Below are positions 48,246 through 61,981 of a stretch of 64,000 nucleotides of DNA, piece after piece (positions within the stretch are counted from its first letter, which is position 1; each line of letters opens with the position of its first letter). The notes under the pieces were generated by a model that saw only the letters and a list, made by a program, of their open reading frames with translations, had not been told where the DNA came from and did not search any database. The DNA is from Galeopterus variegatus (Eukaryota). Where the stretch lies: positions 64,001-128,000 of the forward strand of contig NW_007729415.1 in the NCBI RefSeq assembly GCF_000696425.1, given 5' to 3'. A program made the position numbers and the translations under genes.

Positions 48246-49027
48246 ATCCTTTGCTCATTTTTCTTTAAAGTTATTTATCTTTTTCTTCTTGACTTATTCT
48301 AGAGAGTAAATGTTTTTATAGATTACATGTATTATAGATATTTCAACCAATCTATCTTTTTTTTAATGTATCTTTCAGTGTAGAGAGGTGTTTAATTTTC
48401 ATGAAGTTAGTTTTATTGCTCTTCACCATTATAAAGCCCTTTAAGTTTTGTGTCTTTCATAGGAAGGCCTTCCTCACTTTACAATTAGAAAATATTTGTC
48501 TACTTTCTTTTAATACTTAAGGTCTTTTTCTTTTTTTAGTTTGTGTAATTCTTTAATACATCTGGACTTTATTTTATACTGTGAGATAGCAGTCTAACTT
48601 TATACTTTTTTCCACATGGAAATTGTCCCAAGGCCATATACTGAATAGGCCATCCTTTCCCTGCTAATTTAAAATAGGGAGTGAACCTTTTAATGGACTT
48701 TGGTACCTAGTGGAAAACTGCTTTCTTTAAAAGGACAAACTAGTTTGTACAACTGACATCAGCAACGTGTGTCTGCCCATTTCACTGCAACCTGTGAGTA
48801 TTGGCATGATTATTTTATTGATTGTAAGCTAATTTAAGTTAATTTGTGCTTATAATACACAGTTACTTTCATTTCTCAATGATATAAATGATGGTATATG
48901 GAGTACATTGTTGAATAGAATCAATGTCAAAGCACTTGTATTACAGGAAGCCTTCAAAATGAATAGAAGTTTGAAGATGGATGGTACCCTTCATTTTCTT
49001 CCATCTCCTCTCCTGTGCTTCTCACAG

Positions 49028-49257
49028 GATCCTTTGCTGAAAAGATGGTCCTCATCACAGCCAGGGTGAACAAAGAAAGGACCCTAGGAACCTGCCTATA
49101 TTTTAGTGCTGCCCCAGGAATCCTGCCTACCAGCCAGCCACCCATATCCTGCTCTGAGGAGGGGGCGGGAAATGCCACACTGAGCCCTAGGATGGGTGAG
49201 GAGTGTGTCAGGGTCTGGAGTCACGAAGGCCTTGTGCTTACCAAGCTGCTCACCTCG
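49028..49257 (+). CDS. TMEM219: TMEM219 coding exon 3 (…SFAEKMVLITARVNKERTLGTCLYFSAAPGILPTSQPPISCSEEGAGNATLSPRMGEECVRVWSHEGLVLTKLLTS)
   Basis: Acceptor ctcacag|GA, donor TCG|gtaaga. Matches human. Confidence 0.85.
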
Positions 49258-50690
49258 GTAAGAGCCTCAGGTTGGTTGTCAGGGTTTGGTAGATTGCCAC
49301 GCTGAATGCTGTATCTTGAAGGTTCCTGAAGGCAATTTTACCTAGTAGGAAAAGTACAGGCTTTCTAACCCTGCCTTGGAGGCTGTGTGACTTAGAGCAA
49401 GCCTCTGAACCTTTCTGAGCATCAGCTTCCTCATCTGTAAAACATGATGCAATCTTTTGATTATTTCCAACAAATAAGGATTACATGAGAATGACTGTAA
49501 AATGCTCAGCACAATGCCTGGTACGTAACAGATTTGATGAATGAAAGCTGTTACTGTTTACTGTTGTCTTTAAATACAATAAAACGTGATCTCTACCTCA
49601 GAGGAATTTAGAAGCGGTAATAAGAGGCAGAATGGGCTAATTGCTATCATAGAGATGTGAGCAGAGTGTTATGTAAACACAGATTAAGGAGCAGTTAGCC
49701 CTAACTTAAACATTTCACTTCACAGAGTGTACTTCACAGAGAAGGTGGCATTTAAGAAAGAGAATTGTGTATAGGAGTTTATAATGTACATAGCGCTTTC
49801 AGGTTCATTATCTTATTTCATCTTAAAATAGCCTTTTGAGGTAGGTGTTATTATACCATTTTACAGATGAGGAAACAGGTTTAGAGAGAAGGAGTGAATT
49901 GCCTAAGGCCACACAACTGGTGAAGTGGCAGAGCCAGGATTGCAACCTACTGCTTCTGCTCTATTAGGATGATCCTTGAAGAATGAGGAAGATTTGGGCA
50001 AGGAGGGCACTAAAGGAGGTTCAGAAGAGGAGAGATACAGTCCAGGCAAAGGGACAAGCATGAACACAGACCTAGAGATTGAAAGTGTTTAGCCTTTGGG
50101 GGCACTTCTTGATGAGAGACTCAGGAGTGCCTCAGGAGAAGAGGCAGGAGAGACTGCAGGCCCTGATCATGAAGCACTAGCTGTGAATGCCAAGCTAGGA
50201 CACTAGACTTGACACTGAAGTCCGTGGAGGCTGCTGAGGGTTTTAAGGAGGAGAGAGAAGTGCTCCACTGGTGCTGGGTGGAGGAGACTGGCTGAGTGGA
50301 GGGACGGAGGTCAGTTAGGAGGCTGCTGCATATGCTTCCCTGGCATTTGAAAAGACCCTGTGCAGAGCATGACTTCAGAACTTGGAATCAAAGAAGCCCG
50401 GGTTTCTAGACCTGGCACTGCTTGCACATCTTTTAAGTGTGGATAAGTCATTATGGGGGGTTCAGGTTGATGGTTGGGCAAGAAAGTGGTTTGGAAGCCA
50501 TTGAGACAAATGTTAGCTTGTATAAAAATAATAATTTCCCTTTAGTAGCTCCCTAGATGTGGAGAGGCCTCTACATCCTGGAGGCTTTTCTCCATAGCCC
50601 TTGGGCTAAGGGCAAGATGCCTTCCCACAGGAAGATTCCCCACCCTTCCTCTCTCCATCATTCCCCTTTGCTCCCTGTGCCCATCCCTAG

Positions 50691-50828
50691 GAGGAGCTGG
50701 CTCTGTGTGGCTCCAGACTGCTGGTCTTGGGCTCCTTCCTGCTTCTCTTCTGTGGCCTTCTCTGCTGTGTCACTGCTGTGTGCTTCCACCCGCGCCGGGA
50801 ATCCCACTGGTCTAGAACCCGGCTCTGA
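50691..50828 (+). CDS. TMEM219: TMEM219 terminal coding exon (EELALCGSRLLVLGSFLLLFCGLLCCVTAVCFHPRRESHWSRTRL*)
   Basis: Acceptor ccatccctag|GAG. TGA at 50826-50828. Assembled protein is 240 aa, as in human. Confidence 0.85.
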   Translation, partial: EELALCGSRLLVLGSFLLLFCGLLCCVTAVCFHPRRESHWSRTRL

Positions 50829-51064
50829 GGGCACTGGCCTAGTACCCACCATGTTCAGGTGAGGTTCTTTGCTCTAGTCCTGTGGAAGCAGGGGATGGGT
50901 TGGGGGTGGCAGTTGTAACTGGAGTAGAGCAGGTCCTTGGAATCCACACTCAAATATTGCTTCTTCTCAGTCCCTGAGAACCCTATTCAACTATAGCTGT
51001 CCTTGTAGAGGCTGGAAACAACTTACACCATCAGTATTCGATATTTTTCTTACTATTTTTATTT

Positions 51065-51234
51065 TATTGTTATTTTTTTTTAAAGATGACCGGTAAGGGG
51101 ATCTTAACCCTTGACTTGGTGTTGTCAGCACCACACTCAGCCAGTGAGCAAACCGGCCATCCCTATATGGGATCCGAACCCGGGGCCTTGGTGTTATCAG
51201 CACCACACTCTCCCAACTGAGCCATGGGTCGGCC
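51065..51234 (-). mobile_element. A-type dimeric SINE between TMEM219 and TAOK2
   Basis: TSD actatttttatt. Confidence 0.85.
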
Positions 51235-51574
51235 CACTATTTTTATTTCTTTAATTATGAAATATTTAACATTCATGTTGAAAAGCCCAAAAAACATAAA
51301 AGTACAGCTTGTCAAATTATTATAAAGTAGACACTTGTAAATAGCACTCAGGGAAAAAGTAGAATATTATGGGAAACCCAGAAGCTCCCTACGACCCCTC
51401 CCTCCCTCCCTCCCCAAGGAAGCCCTCCATCACTCTAGAAGTAGCTACTGTCCTGCTTTATGGTTTATTACCAAGTATGCAGTCCTAAACAATATGGTTT
51501 GGTTTTACTTATTTTTGAACTATATATAGATGGAATCATCTTTTGTGATTGACTGCTTTCAAGTAACGTTCTGA

Positions 51575-51743
51575 TTTTTTTTTTTTTTTAAAGATGACCG
51601 GTAAGGGGATCTTAACCCTTGTCTTGGTGTTGTCAGCACCACGCTCAGCCAGTGAGTGAACTGGCCATCCCTATATAGGATCCGAACCCGTGGCCTTGGT
51701 GTTACCAGCACCACACTCTCCCGAGTGAGCCAGGAGCCGGCCC
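51575..51743 (-). mobile_element. A-type dimeric SINE
   Basis: TSD gtaac(g/a)ttctgatttt at 51564 and 51744. Confidence 0.85.
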
Positions 51744-52042
51744 GTAACATTCTGATTTTAAGATTCTCTCATAGCTGTAGTTGACATCCAAGCTTTTTGG
51801 CAACAATGGTGAGTTAAGAGGTTTCAAGTTTGATGATTCCTTCTGGGTATGAATCATGTTTGTCTCACCTTTGTCCTGAAATTCTGATACCCAGTTTTAT
51901 GATGCAAATTTTGTAAAATTCAGCTTGAACAGCTCATAAGAATCTAATTGATGATCCCCATTTATTGGGCACATAGCACTTTATATGCATCTTATCTTTT
52001 CTATTTAGTCACTGTTGCATTCAGAAAAAGTTGATTCTTTTG

Positions 52043-52219
52043 GGCCGGCCCTGTGGCTCACTCAGGAGAGTGGGGCGCTGGTAGTGCCGAGGCCGCGGGT
52101 TCAGATGCTATATAGGGATGGTTGGTGCGCTCACTGGCTGAGCGTAGTGCTGACCACACCATGCTGAGGGTTGTGATCCCCTTACCGGTCAAAAGAAAAA
52201 AAAAAAAGAAAGAAAGAAA
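52043..52219 (+). mobile_element. A/B-intermediate dimeric SINE variant
   Basis: gggccggccctgtggctcactcaggagagtggggcgctggtagtgccgaggccgcgggttcagatgctatatagggatgg…. TSD aaaaagttgattctt. Confidence 0.8.
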
Positions 52220-53299
52220 AAGTTGATTCTTCTAACAAGATCTTTGGAGGGAATTCGACTTCACAAAAGTAGGAGTGGGTGGGGGACATATTGGCTAACT
52301 AGTTCACGTGTCAACTCATTAAGGAGAAAAAATATTTCTGCAAAAAAATCTTTGTCCTGTCATGTGGGTCTCGTATAATTTGAGAGCTGTGTGTTACACA
52401 TCCAGCTGCTCTTGGCTTCAGCTGGCTGCTGTGCCCTAGGAAATTACTGTGGAAGAAATGGAAACAGCCCAGGCTCAGAGAACTGCTCTGGCTAGAGGAA
52501 CTGGAAGCTCAAGATCAACTTTGCTTATTTTGCTCAGGGCTAGGCCTAACTGCCCCAGCTACCTACCTGGGATAGGAAATGATGGAGCCCTCTCAGCTCT
52601 GAACTGGGAAAGGAAGGCTTTCTGGACCATGGCAGATCCTGGGGTCCTGAAGCCACCCTAATTGGGATTAAGTGCCTGTCACTATCTCTAGTTGTCAGTC
52701 CCTCTGCACCTTCCCCAATTTCTGCATCCATCCCAGAGCTTCCCCTGTGGGCTGTCTGACCTGTCCTGTTTTTTATTTTTTCCTCTCCAGGTGTGAATCA
52801 ACTTCTGGGGCCTTGGTTATGAGTTGAAAGCAATGTTACAAAAAGTGAAGAGCTGGAATGTGGGGGAAATAAAAGGCTTGTTTTCCCAGAGTTGCCTAAG
52901 GTGTTTATTGGGGATTGGATTGAGATGAGAACTTTAGGATTAGACAAGTTTGGGAGGCTTGGGACCTTTTCCTTGTTGACCCTTTAGTCTGGAATACAGG
53001 TTGGCAGGACTTTTGCTACTTCTGCTCTTCCCACGGTTGTGACGTGGCTTTGGAAAACACCTGGTTTTGATCTCAGCTCTGCAACTTTGTCTTGTTTTCT
53101 TCTATGAAATAAAATTGATAATTCCAGCTAGTTGGGGGGTCTAGTCTTGGAAATGCTTTGACATAAACGCAGTGTGACCTTGGGCAAGTCATGCAATTCT
53201 TCAGGACATCAGTTAACTGAAAGGATTTGACTGATTGAGTTTTACCAACATTGACGTGCAAAGATTCTTCGCACTTGGGGCCCAGTCCGAGCTGAATGG

Positions 53300-54500
53300 T
53301 TACTAACCTCAGATCAACCCATTTTCCCGCCTTTTCCGAGCCCAGCAGCAGCCTCCCCTTACCCCTCCCACCTCTACCCTACACGCAGGCGCAGATCACG
53401 CAGATCGCGGCTGCTTTCCTTACATCTTTGCCCCATCAAAGCTTCCCCTAGCAACAAGCTTCGGCTCGGAGCGAAGGCAGGGGGAGCGCATGCGCCCCGG
53501 CTCTCTCCGCCGCCAGTCGTCGGTCTGCGTGCTGGGCTCCTCCCCTTGTAAGCCCAGCCCTTTTTCCCGCTTCCTCCCGCCCCGGGTCCGCGTGGCTGGG
53601 CGCGCGCGCATTCGGGCTCGGTGGCTGCCGGTCTCCACTGCCGCGGCAGTAAGGAGAGAGGGGCGGGGCCCTTCCCTTCGGGGCCCCGCCCCCCTTGGCC
53701 CGGCGTTTCTACCGCGCCTGCGCGTTCCCGCCCGGTCTCCATCTTGGAATTGGGAGGAAGAGGGAGAGGGAGACCGGGACGAGACCGGGGCTGTGGTGCG
53801 GAGAGAGGCTGAGACGGAGAGGAGGCGAGGGAGAGAGGGCGCGGGGACTGTCAGCAGCGCCTTAGCTACAGTCTTTCAGCTATCCTTGGGAGAGAGAAGG
53901 GGAAAGGGAGGAGGCCGGGGCCGGAGTGGGGGCTGTCACCCTCGGACCCCGGCGTGAGAGCGGCCGTGCGGCCGGACGTCCTCGGGGTGGGCCCCTGTAG
54001 GTGGCTGAAAACCTGGGGCTCAGGCTCCTGGGTCCCAAATTTCAGGGCTTGGCCCCTCGCTTCTCAGATACCCAGGTATCAGCCCTCCTATTCCAGATAT
54101 CCGGGACTCGGGTCCCAACGTTTCTAAACCTGGGTCTCTGTTTCATAGAATTCCAAATATCTGGGGTTAATTCCCCAGGCGTTCAAATATCGGATTCAGT
54201 CTTCCCCCTTTCCAATATACGGAGTTCAGACCCCAAAATCAGAAACCCGGGATTCAGCAACTGTCGCCCTCGAGGAGGGGGAGGACTGGACCGCGAGGTC
54301 AGATCAGGTTGTCATCCCCTCCCCTCCACGGGAGGCTTCCCTGGCCCGCCCCTCAGGAAGGGCGAAAGCCGAGGAAGAGGTGGCAAGGGGAAAGGTCTCC
54401 TTGCCCCTCTCCCTGCTTGGCAGAGCCGCTGGAGGACCCCAGGCGGAAGCGGAGGCGCTGGGGCACCATAGTGACCCCTCCCAGGTGAGACACGGGGTGC
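53300..54500. promoter_or_regulatory. TAOK2: TAOK2 CpG-island promoter with a probable non-coding exon 1
   Basis: Extreme GC and CpG content. Perfect NRF1 palindrome gcgcatgcgc at 53486-53495. Candidate donors cggca|gtaagg at about 53649 and ccag|gtgagac at about 54483. Confidence 0.6.
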
Positions 54501-56559
54501 AGGGGCGCGGGTCCCTGTGTCTAGCACTGAGAAGAAGGGGTGCTCCTTTCTGAGAAGCTGGGCCTGGGTAGGCCCTCTCCTCAGGATGGGGAAGCCCAAC
54601 TGAGCCAGGGGTCAGCCTCTGGCTAGCCTTGCCTTCTATTGCCACTTTCTTCCCCTTCCTCTTCCCTTCATTGTGTCTGGTTAGTAGGGGATCTCAGGTG
54701 ACAGAAGGGTCTCTGATGTCACCGGGTGTCACACCCTAAGGTGCTTGAGCTAATAAGATTGGTTTGCAACCTTCTGTTCTTCCCTCACAGCCACCTCTTC
54801 TCCATGATTATACCCCCTTTTTCCTTCCTGCTCTGGGGTGTTGATTCCCACGGTGGGTTTGTTTATCTGCTTTTTAGTCCTGGTGTGGTTGGGTTTCTCG
54901 TCCTTGCTAGGAAGTGTGTGTGTGGGGGGGGGGGGGCTGACAATATTTTCCTCCAGCTACAGTACCTTCCAACCTCTTGCTGTGATGGTATAATCAAATA
55001 CATTTGTCAAACGATCTATCTTTTACAAAGTGCTTTTACATCATTCTCTCACGACACCCCCCATTTACCCTGTGGTGGCTCTTTTATTGCTGTCTTCCCA
55101 TTTTACAGTTGAGAACATTGAGGCCCAGAAAGATTGCCAAAGTTACACAGTGGTAGAATCAAGATTTGAACCCAAGTCCTCAATCAAGTCTTGCCCCTGA
55201 TCCATACCTGTTTCTTGCCATATCTTTTCCTCTGAGTCTTCTCAGTGGTCCATAGAAGAAGGAGTTGGGGTGAGGTTTAATAAGAGTGGGGGTGAGATGA
55301 GCTTCCTTTCTAGGAGGGCTATACTCAGAAACTTTTTCTGATGGGAAGGCTGTGGCTCCTGCCTATTATGCCTCATGGATTTTTCTATCTACTGTGACCT
55401 TCATCTTTACCCTGATCCCATACTTTGGCCTGGGTTCCTGAGAGGGCTCTTTCTTCTGACAAATTATAAGCACTATGGTGTCTCTTAACCATTAAAGCTA
55501 AGCTGTTAGGGTAGGATGATCCCCCAAAGGATTAAAGCCTGTGGCGACCCTGGAGGCAAAGAAGGAAAAAATCCATATGCTGTGTGTCTGCATAGTGTTC
55601 CTAAGTGTGAGATCTCATTAAAATCTCACAACAGCCCCATGCTGTAATCCATTTTACTGAGAAGACCAAGAAATTATAAGGAACTTATTCAAAGCCCCTG
55701 TTGCTGTTTGTTGCAGATGGGATGTGTAGTGTAGGGACAGATAGATTTGGGTTTTCTCATCTGCGGGATGGAGATAACATTGTCTATTTTAGAAGGTGAT
55801 TATGATTTAGCTCAGACCTTGGTAATTGCTCAAATGTTTGTTGTTATTGTGAGGAAGGGGACCTGTGTGACGTTTTGCTAATGGCTGGCATCTCTTATGT
55901 GTGGCTGAGGCCCTGGGTTGGCATTTTTGGGGCCAGAGCTGGTAAAGAGGTCAGGAAGATTCCTTTGGCAATTGCAGGCACCTGCCTTTGTGTGTGGGTG
56001 TGTTGTGCAGGTGAGGGGTGTTTGGCAGAAGGGAGAAATGGGCCTGCTTTGAGCAGCCTGGGAGCTGCTGAGGGCAATCAATCAATCTCCCAGGCTATTC
56101 TGAGCCCTCCACACCCTGGGGGCCCACTGGAGAGTCAGGCTCCCTCCTTGCCCTCCAGCTTCCAGTTGGGCTGAGGAGACAAAATTAACAACACAATGGG
56201 AAACAATGCATGACAGAATATAATTACATGCTAAAATTGTTAGGTGCTTTTAAGTAGCTAGAACTCTGCCTTGGAAGTCCACCTCTGCTGAAGGCTCCTT
56301 TGTGCCTAAATTCTAAGTGCTTAAACCTCACCAGGAGCCTGTCCTGGAATCCCTTTCAGGGTCCTGGTTCTGATATTCTGCAGGAACTGTCTATAGGTGT
56401 TTGGCTTGGTGCTCTAGGAGCTCTCCCCAAGGATTGGAGTGGTCAGGGGAGGCTTCCTGCAAGAGGGGGGCTGAGCGTGGGGTGATGTGCTGAGCAAGTA
56501 ATGAGCTTGCAGGCCTAACTGGAGGGGAAGAGGTCCTGTTCTCTGACCTGGGAGGAGAC

Positions 56560-56830
56560 CTTTTTCCTCTCTGTGCCTCAGTGACCTCATCTGGGAAATG
56601 GTGATCATGATTCTGCCCTGATTGTTTCATAGGGCTGTTATGAAAGCATGGCGGTGGAGGACCACTTGTGGGCAAGTCACTCAACCTTTCTGAGCCTGTT
56701 TTCTCATCTGTAAAATAATAATACTTACCTCTTAAGGTTGTGGTGAGGATTGAATGAGAGGTAATACATGTAAGGTGTTTACTATACATGCTCAGTAAAT
56801 GTTATTCGAACAGTACAAATGCCCTGTACC
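56560..56830. repeat. MIR element in TAOK2 intron 1
   Basis: …gggcaagtcactcaacctttctgagcctgttttctcatctgtaaaataataatacttacctcttaaggttgtggtgaggattgaatgag…gctcagtaaatgttat. Confidence 0.6.
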
Positions 56831-57502
56831 TGTGTGTGATGCTTATGCAGTTGGACCGGACAAGTAAGGCAGCCTAGATCACGGAGGCCCTCAAAGCCAG
56901 ATGCCATTTATATCCCTGTCCTTCCCATTCTAGATCTCCTCCCTGCCAGTGTCCCTAGCCCTTTCTGAGAGTGAGTCTCTTGGCTCCTCTGGGCCAATAC
57001 CCACTTCTAACAATGGCCGGATTTCCACTGCCTCCGGCCTGGCTGTTTCCTGTTCTCTTCCAGGGTGTGAGAGGTTGAGGGAAGGAGGGGGCCTCCTCCT
57101 CAAGGGGAACAAGAAGGTGCCTGGAATTAGTTGGGGTATGGGACTTGTGGGACAGGACACTTGGGGATCTAGAGCACTGGTTCTATATCTTTGAGAGGAG
57201 AAATAAGGGTTATAGGGAAATAGGAACTTGTTGAGGGCTGAGGGGGTTGGTGAGGATGCTTAGCTTCCCAGAGTCTTCCTAGCAATTTTAGGGACTCCAG
57301 GGACCCGGCCCCCGTGATCTGGTTGCTAGGGCAACTTCATTTTTTTGGAGCTTTGATGTTGTTCCTAATCTCCCCCTGCCCTTCCTCGGCAGTGCCTCCC
57401 CCTCATCAAAGAACAAGGGGAGGAGAAGGTAGAAACTTGAGGGGCCCCTTCCTCTTCCTGAGGGCCCTGTCCTTGCTCTAAGGGTCCCATCTCCATTCCC
57501 CA

Positions 57503-57669
57503 GGCCAGGCCCCACTCTCAGGGCCCCCGAGGGCCACCATGCCAGCTGGGGGCCGGGCCAGGAGCCTGAAGGACCCCGATGTGGCTGAGCTCTTCTTCAA
57601 GGATGACCCGGAAAAGCTCTTCTCTGACCTCCGGGAAATTGGCCATGGCAGCTTTGGAGCCGTGTACTT
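57503..57669 (+). CDS. TAOK2: TAOK2 exon 2. CDS 57538-57669: [44 protein letters not shown]
   Basis: Kozak ggccaccATGc. Matches the human TAOK2 N-terminus. Donor TTC|gtgagt. The 5'UTR start at 57503 is approximate (acceptor ccattccccag). Confidence 0.88.
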
Positions 57670-57855
57670 CGTGAGTTGCATCTTGGGAGGCTGAAGTAGG
57701 GGTGGGGACTCTTATTCCGTACCCCTCTGGACTTGCAGCAGCACTTCTACACTGTACCACCCCAGGCTTTCCTGCTCTCTCCTACTGGGCCGGCAGGTCT
57801 TCCCACTACTCTGTTCTCATTGGGGTCTTCACCACCTTCTCGTCTGGTTCTCTAG

Positions 57856-57927
57856 GCCCGGGATGTCCGGAATAGTGAGGTGGTGGCCATTAAGAAGATG
57901 TCATACAGTGGGAAGCAATCAAATGAG
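57856..57927 (+). CDS. TAOK2: TAOK2 exon 3 (ARDVRNSEVVAIKKMSYSGKQSNE)
   Basis: tctag|GCC … GAG|gtgggt. Confidence 0.88.
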
Positions 57928-58021
57928 GTGGGTCAGGCACATAAGACCAGGTTGGGGGGCAGGGGACCCCAGTCTCAAGGTGCAGGCTGGATAACCCCTT
58001 CCTACCCTGCCCGCCTCCTAG

Positions 58022-58123
58022 AAGTGGCAGGACATCATCAAGGAGGTGCGATTCTTACAGAAGCTCCGGCATCCCAATACCATTCAGTACCGGGGCTGTT
58101 ACCTGAGAGAGCACACGGCTTGG
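58022..58123 (+). CDS. TAOK2: TAOK2 exon 4 ([34 protein letters not shown])
   Basis: cctag|AAG … TGG|gtgagc. Confidence 0.88.
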
Positions 58124-58624
58124 GTGAGCTGGCCCCCCCAACTCTGGCCTGATCTTTACTCCTACTCAGGCTCCTCCTCATCCTGGTCTAGTCTCTTAGG
58201 TGTACCTTGTTCAGGGTGCCATTGTGGGATCTTGGGAAGGAAGAAGTCTCTCCTGACCATTTTAGTACTCAGACGAACCCATGAGCAGCAGTGTCAGTGC
58301 AGGAGAGGCTGGCTCAAAGAGTGACACAGACTGTTAGCAGGTGGAAGAGGGCATGGGGGCTGGAGGAGGAGGAGATTGGTGCTTTGGAAGGATTCAGGTG
58401 GGAGTGGTGATGAGTGTTTTGGGCTCTTTCTAGGGGAGGCCCTGACTTTAGGGACTCTTCCCCACTCCCTCATTTCTCTAGTTCCCCTTCCTCCCAGTCA
58501 TTACTGTGGGGGCATTGCCTGAGTGGCAGGTAGGCAAGGAAGCTCTGTTTTGAGTCTCTGCCCAAGGGAGGTGGACCAAGGGGGTCCAGGATCTGCTGAT
58601 CTCTGACCATTGACCCTTCCTTAG

Positions 58625-58670
58625 CTGGTGATGGAGTATTGCCTGGGCTCAGCTTCTGACCTTCTAGAAG
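58625..58670 (+). CDS. TAOK2: TAOK2 exon 5 (LVMEYCLGSASDLLE+G)
   Basis: ttag|CTG … GAAG|gtaagt. Confidence 0.85.
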
Positions 58671-58731
58671 GTAAGTGACTCATTGGCCAATAAATGGCAG
58701 AAGAGCAGAGAAGCTATAGGGGAAAGGTTAA

Positions 58732-58905
<174 letters not shown>

Positions 58906-59049
58906 TGATGATGGCGGAGGTGGGGGTGGGGTGCTCTCTACACCATTCCTCGTTTAGCTGGGCTTCAGTCGTCTTGAAAGCTCTGTGCTAAAGTACCTGC
59001 TCAGCCTTCCTAAGACACGTGTCTCATCCTTGCACTTCGCCTCTGGCAG

Positions 59050-59163
59050 GGATGTGAAAGCTGGAAACATCCTGCTATCAGAGCCAGGCTTGGTGAAGCT
59101 GGGGGACTTCGGCTCCGCGTCCATCATGGCACCTGCTAACTCCTTTGTGGGAACCCCATACTG
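59050..59163 (+). CDS. TAOK2: TAOK2 exon 7 ([38 protein letters not shown]+TG). Contains the kinase HRDVKAGN and DFG motifs
   Basis: ggcag|G … TACTG|gtgagt. Confidence 0.88.
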
Positions 59164-59242
59164 GTGAGTGAGAGTGACAGTGAGCGGAGAGAGCTCCCAG
59201 GATGTTGGGAGTCGGAGCTATAGGGTCTGGGCGGATGATTAG

Positions 59243-59530
<288 letters not shown>

Positions 59531-60553
59531 TAGCATTCATCTCTTCCTGTCCACTACCCTAGTTTTAAATCTGTTTTGAGTGCCTACTGTGTACTGTGCA
59601 CTGTTCTTCATTCTGGGGGTATAGCAGTGAATGAGATTCCTGCCCTTATGGAATTTATATTCAAGTTGGGGAAACCAGGCAAATTTTCTCTCAGTGTGAT
59701 GAAACCTGAATGGAGAAGTTGCAGAAGTGGTATAAACAAAACAAGGGACTTGACCTAGTTTAGGGGCTGAGGAAGTCCTCCTTGTAGCAGAGATATTTAA
59801 ACAAACCCACAAGACAAATAGTAGCTGTTTGAAGGAGGTAGGGAAGCGCATTCCAGACAGAGAAAGGATGTGCAGAAGTCTAGAGAGGTACGAGCAGGCA
59901 GGGGAATGGAGACTAGTTTCAGTGTGGAGCACAGCATATGGTGCAAGAGTAGTGAGTGAGAAGTTCAGACAGTCAGGCCTGAGTGAGTGCACGAGGCCTT
60001 AAAGCCATATCAGGGTTCTCAGCTCTGCCAGCCTACTGTATCGAAACAACTATTTAATGAGATAATGTCTGTAAGGCCTCTAACACAATGCTGCACAAAA
60101 TACAAGCGTACTTCAAAAAGTTTGTGGAAGAATAGAAATAAAAGATAACCCGAATCCTTCTGTGAACATTTTGAAGGACTTTTATAGTTGCCCAAGAAAG
60201 AGTTGCTCTTAGTTGCTCTTATCAACAACCTGCACAGATCTTCTTACCTCCAGTCTCTTCCAGTGGCTCCCTATTACCTTCAAGACTGAAGCCATCCTCA
60301 TCCTTCCTTACACCAGGCTAAAGGCTCTGCTTCCTAAAAGCTGGCTCTCCTTCACAGGCTTCACCCCCTTCCCCAAGTGTGTAATGAACTTTTCCACTTC
60401 CTTGCCTTGGTTTGTTTTGTGTCTTCTGCCCAGAGTCAGAGATTTGGACATGACCTGTCCCTCCATTTCCACAGTCTTCATTTACCATTTAATGCCAGAG
60501 CCAGGCAGATGATGAAAATGAATGGAATAAACCAAGTATGAGAAGTAGCTAGG

Positions 60554-60734
60554 TCTGTCCATTTTTTTTTTTTTTTTTTTAAAGATGACCGGTAAGGGGA
60601 TCTTAACCCTTGACTTGGTGTTGTCAGCACCACGCTCAGCCAGTGAGCGAACCGGCCATCCCTATATGGGATCCGAACCCGGGGCCTTGGTGTTATCAGC
60701 ACCGCACTCTACCGAGTGAGCCACGGGCCGGCCC
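60554..60734 (-). mobile_element. A-type dimeric SINE in TAOK2 intron 8
   Basis: TSD ggtctgtccatttt at 60543 and 60736. Confidence 0.85.
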
Positions 60735-61641
60735 ATGGTCTGTCCATTTTATTCCTAGTTTTTGGTAGGGAATGTGATACAGAGAAATATTTCTGTACTG
60801 TTGAGAAAACCCATCAAAACTGATATCAAAGACAACTGATCCTCAGAGTCAGAGTGGCAAAGTATAGATAGCTATTCCTTATAAAAAGGGCAGCTATTGG
60901 TCAGCTCTAGCCCAGTGTTATGCAGGATGTAGACTGTTTCACCAGATCTCATTTTTGAAGAGAAACTAGACTGATTATTATTTAGTTATTATTTTTAGCA
61001 GTTAATGAAAAGAATCACTGTTTAGGCCAAAAACAAACAATGCAAAACATTTATGTGGGCCTCAAGGGGCTCACGGCTTGTAACTTCAATCTAAGGCCTA
61101 ATTCCAGTATCCTTTTTTCCAAAAGACCTTCCCTGAATTCCCTGCACACGGACTTGCTTCAATGCCCACCACACACCCTCAACTTCCTGGCCATTTACGC
61201 CAGTTCACACTTTGAACTTCATGCTACTTGTTTAGTCCTATTTAATCCTCCCTTCTAGACTGGATGTTCCTTGAGAACAGGGCTTATTCTTGTTTTTCTT
61301 TGTCTTCCCCATAACACTTACCAAATTTTCTGCTCTCATTTGACACCTAATAAGTATTAATTGGGCTTGATAACTGAATTTGCTTCCTTCTGCCTTCTTT
61401 GATGTGTTTTTGAATTTTTTTTTTTTAAATCCCTATTCCACCTGTGTGCCGTGGAGAGGATGGGCATTGCGTTTAGAGGAGGGAATTAATTGAGACTCAA
61501 CAGGATTATGGGAATGGCCCAAGGTCATGCCACAAGGAGGTCAGGGAGCTGGGGTTTCAGCCCGAGTTGTCCAAGTTCCATTCTAGTCTCCTCTGCCCAC
61601 CTGCCACCTCTCACTCTCTCCCCCTTGACCTTTCTCTGTAG

Positions 61642-61735
61642 CGGAACGGAAACCACCACTGTTCAACATGAACGCGATGAGTGCCTTATACCACATTGCA
61701 CAGAATGAGTCCCCTGTGCTCCAGTCAGGACACTG
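61642..61735 (+). CDS. TAOK2: TAOK2 exon 9 ([31 protein letters not shown]+TG)
   Basis: ctctgtag|CG … CACTG|gtgagg. Confidence 0.88.
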
Positions 61736-61780
61736 GTGAGGACTGGGATTCCTGGGCCCACGCATTAGGCCAGGGGGTAA

Positions 61781-61981
<201 letters not shown>

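Noticed and set aside
53374-53957. ORFs of 122-155 aa on both strands upstream of TAOK2
   Set aside because: Same CpG-island GC-composition artefact. The likely TAOK2 non-coding exon 1 and promoter are here.
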